A DNA stretch of 63,009 bases, counting the filler, from Craspedostauros australis (Eukaryota): NCBI GenBank assembly GCA_030167865.1. It is 21 parts of 21 records of this genome, joined end to end, with 100 filler letters (N's around TTAATTAATTAA, not from the genome) between each part and the next. Parts side by side here need not be neighbours in the genome. Positions count along the whole stretch, not along the records: positions 59,705 to 61,696 come from JALAGF010002531.1; positions 61,797 to 63,009 come from JALAGF010002535.1; 19 more parts are not named here. One strand, written 5' to 3'. Below are positions 59,605 through 63,009 of this stretch, one piece after another; within the stretch, counting starts at the first letter, position 1, and every line of letters begins with the position of its first letter. The notes under the pieces were generated by a model, which was not told the DNA's origin, ran no database searches, and saw only the letters and a program-made list of their open reading frames with translations. The position numbers and the translations under genes were made by a program.

Positions 59605-61796
59605 NNNNNNNNNNNNNNNNNNNNNNNNNNNNNNNNNNNNNNNNNNNNTTAATTAATTAANNNNNNNNNNNNNNNNNNNNNNNNNNNNNNNNNNNNNNNN
59701 NNNNCCTGTTTGACAATGCGTGTGGGTTGTGTAGCCCGAGTACCGTGGGTCGAGATCCGTCGTCTGGGTTCTGTGAGAGACAATGGGCAATGATGCCCGT
59801 TGTTGTGGCTTTGGTTCCGTGCGTCGGCGTTTTGGCGATGGCGGGTGTCAGAAACTTGGTTATCGGAACCCCANNNNNNNNNNNNNNNNNNNNNNGAAGA
59901 TCCGCTTCAAGGTTCTGGATCTGTCTCCAAACGTGGGGTTCGGCGAAGTGTCCGTTCGATCTACTGGAATGCTGACGAGTCGGATGATTCGTAGTCTCTC
60001 TCGCTAAGGTGGTTACTAGTTTAGCTCTATTATGGGGAAAGTTGCTGATTCCGGAGCAGATGATTTCTCCGACTTGTGGATCCGATGACACAGTGCCTCC
60101 ATCTCATCGTTTGCAGTTGTGGCTGTGATGCATCGCTTTGAGCTTCAGCATGAGCCGGCATTGGTGGTAATGATGTGCGTAGTGGTGGCGTAATAGAAGG
60201 AGTATCTACTAACAGCTGATACTACAGGTCCTAAAGAAGTTGCTGCGTCCGATCTCATGAATGCACTCGTCCAGCAGGCATTGAATCGCAGCTGCCGATG
60301 GCACATCCAGCGTGGGCGCTGCTGCTGATCACTTGAATCCGGGGTTTATCACGGAACTATGGCGTCTCTCACCACTGTTGATGGCACCGTTGTTGATGGC
60401 ACTGTTGTTGATGCTGCGATTGTTCATGTGATTGTTTACCTATGCAATTGCCTTGATATCTTTCTTTCTGATGTCGCCGATCGATGCGATACGTTTGCAA
60501 TCGCTCCTCATCACCACTTCCCATTCATCATCATCATCATCTCCATCTCCATCTCTTGCCATGGTCGCCTTCATCCATCATTTTCGGCATGTGGCGTTGT
60601 GCGTGGCTGGTTGTTTCACCCATGCATTGCTTTACTGGTCATGTATGTGTACGACTATGACACATTGGCTGACGCCTCCATCAATGCACGTAGTTCTACG
60701 CAAACACAACCATGATCTCTTACACAGAACGAGGACATGTATTGCCATAGTTGTTGAGTAGTTGTTCTGTGTGACATCAACGTCAACAGTTCGTTGTTTT
60801 CGGTGATGTCAAGAATTGTTGGCACGCTTCAATCGTCTGCCTGTCATCCGTGGTTGATCGTGTTTGGGGTAATACGATGCCAGTAGGAATGGTTTGGACT
60901 TGGTGACAGGTCCAAATAGAATCAATGTAAATGGTTTGTGGTGTGCGGATCTGTTGATGTTGATGTTGCCACTGTTTGTGTTGATGTTGTGTTCTGTCAG
61001 AGATGTGCGTGTTTGTGATAGATCTTCGTGTTGGCCATGTCCGTGTTTGGATTCCGAGTTGTTCACATACCTCTAGCTTGACTGTGACTAGTGTGTTGTC
61101 AACGAAGGATGGTTCTCATTCCTTGTTCTTCCACACCCATCACACCCGTTCCGTTGACTTTGGTTGTCTCGGCAGCACAGAGGATCTGCCGTTCATCTGG
61201 TGCTCCAACGATCATCAAGACCATGTTGCGTCAGCCCATGGCCAACGAGTGCTGCAGCGATTCGCCGACGCAAGAAGCTGTCCTGTTGGCGGCCGATGTG
61301 CACCCGTCCGCAACCAAGAACAGCAGATGCAAATCCCAACCAGCCAATCCCTCACAGCGCTCCAAGTCAACGTGCAAAAACTGAAATCTTGTCTCAAATT
61401 CGTTTGACATCGCCTGTATGATCGATCAGAAGGTGCATCGACCGTGGCTTTCCAGGTACAGCCTGTCTCTGCTGACTCTCAGCGTTGGTTTCTTCATTGC
61501 TTTCGCTGGTATTGCTGTTCTCACCCACAACCTCGTCCTCTTGCGTTTCTGCCGAAAGAGATGGATCCTTGCGGGCCTGCTGCGTGGTGGACTCATTCAT
61601 TTCATCTTGTATGGCAACATGCTGCGGTGATTTACTGTCCTGATCAACCGCATCCACACTACCCTCACGAAACCTGCTGAAGTACGATGATAATTCNNNN
61701 NNNNNNNNNNNNNNNNNNNNNNNNNNNNNNNNNNNNNNNNTTAATTAATTAANNNNNNNNNNNNNNNNNNNNNNNNNNNNNNNNNNNNNNNNNNNN

Positions 61797-62374
61797 CCAG
61801 GAAATGGCCCACTGATCCACACGCATTTGGAAGAGAAGACAGAAAGCGCGATCTCGTACTTGACCGCGCCGTGGTTAAACTTGTGTGAGTACTGCGCGCG
61901 ATCAATTGGCAGAGTCGGGTGCTTTTTTTCCCAAGTGCGGAAATCAGTGCCATCAACCGTGATGGCGAAAACAGAGGAGTCGGGGTGGTCCAGAGACGAA
62001 TCCCACACGATCTTTTTCGTCCGAAGCGCGGCAATTTTTTTCACCCATCGCCAGATGTGTTCTCCTCGTGCGTATCGCTCACACACACAGAACCGAGACG
62101 CAATGACGCCGGAGTTTTTGGGATAAAGCCACAGAAAGTAGTGCGCAATCATGAAGAATGTAAAGCCCTTCATCGTTTTATCTTTTGTGTTGAGGTTGGC
62201 CTCAGGAATCTCTGTGTGACAAAGATCAAACCAGATCTCGGCGATGTCGAGAGGACTGGAACCGTAGTGCTGACGAAAAAGTGCAGCAACAGTGTCGTTC
62301 GATTGCCGAGCTGATGGTTGGACCCCAACCAACTGGAGCCCTGTCATCAGCACATCATGAGGACGCAGGAACAT
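61797..62374 (-). CDS. PIF/Harbinger DDE transposase, N-terminal half
   Basis: FRQHYG; helical HTH-like region; ITVDGTDF; YSHKFNHGAVKYEIALS..VWISGPFP (DDE_Tnp_4-like). Confidence 0.88.
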
Positions 62375-62926
62375 TGTACGGCTGATGTTGTTGTTGTTGT
62401 TGCTGTTGCTGTTGTGATTGATGATGAGATGCTGATGCTGATGTTGTGATTGATGATGCAGCTGTTGTTGTTGTTCCTTCATGCAACGTGTCTGCCACAA
62501 GAAGGGACGATCTCGTCCGCGAAGAGACCAATCCTGCAGCAACAAGCACTTCATCAAACACGGCACAACGACTTGGCGACACAACAGTCATGGATCGAGG
62601 CCCAGTTAGCGAATAGTGATGGCATGTGCTCAGAACCAAGAAGTATTTTCACGCAAAATGAGAGTGCTTTGTTTGTCGATGTGAATGATGGTCGTGATTT
62701 GGCGACTGGACCCAGACACGCGAAAATGACGAAACAGTTTCGTGTTGCGTTGTCGTGAAGCACCACGGCAGAAAGGAGAACACAGCGAGCGCTGGTACTG
62801 GCGTTTCCGATGTTCGCTGATTGATCAACCAACACATCCAACGACAAGCCCACAACATCACTCATCAGATCACAACACCAACACCAACACCACAACAACA
62901 ACAGCAGCATCAATTGCAGCATCACC

Positions 62927-63009
62927 ATGGGCACGAAGGGAAAGCTCATCGCCATCACTGGAGGAAAGTACAAGGGTCACATTGGCTGGGTGAATGTGGA
63001 CAAGAAGCC
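62927..63009 (+). CDS. Start of small divergent ORF with KOW-like motif (probable transposon accessory gene)
   Basis: ACCATGG context; MGTKGKLIAITGGKYKGHIGWVNVDKK. Confidence 0.45.
   Translation, partial: MGTKGKLIAITGGKYKGHIGWVNVDKK

Noticed and set aside
59705..61696. Possible decayed LINE endonuclease (ISNFP, FAEPHVWRQI) and other short ORFs
   Set aside because: Too degenerate to support a call without a profile search

Overview
This is eukaryotic, most likely diatom/stramenopile, DNA (inferred from CoDi-type copia elements, a stramenopile-type Crypton, a choice-of-anchor A secreted protein and spliceosomal introns). It is not one contiguous locus. About 21 short contigs are concatenated with 20 artificial 100-nt N44-TTAATTAATTAA-N44 linkers, so adjacency across linkers means nothing. 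Most contigs are transposon material: Ty1/copia pieces, one nearly full-length copia with intact ORFs, an LTR family, LINE ORF1 and RNase H pieces, a Crypton tyrosine recombinase, a PIF/Harbinger transposase, a foldback-like palindrome and satellites. One 14-kb genic contig (33053-47046) carries a RING-H2 E3 ligase, a double choice-of-anchor A secreted protein, PPIL2 and a MYND-Asp/Asn beta-hydroxylase. The most striking object is the copia element at 14313-20418 (-). Its gag and pol are joined by a candidate -1 programmed frameshift cassette (G_GAU_UUU, 6-nt spacer, stem-loop). It has a half-tRNA-Met-type PBS and a PDZ-like domain between integrase and RT. A second copia carries a different unexplained domain of about 345 aa in the same linker. 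All family assignments come from motif recognition by eye; no database searches were run.
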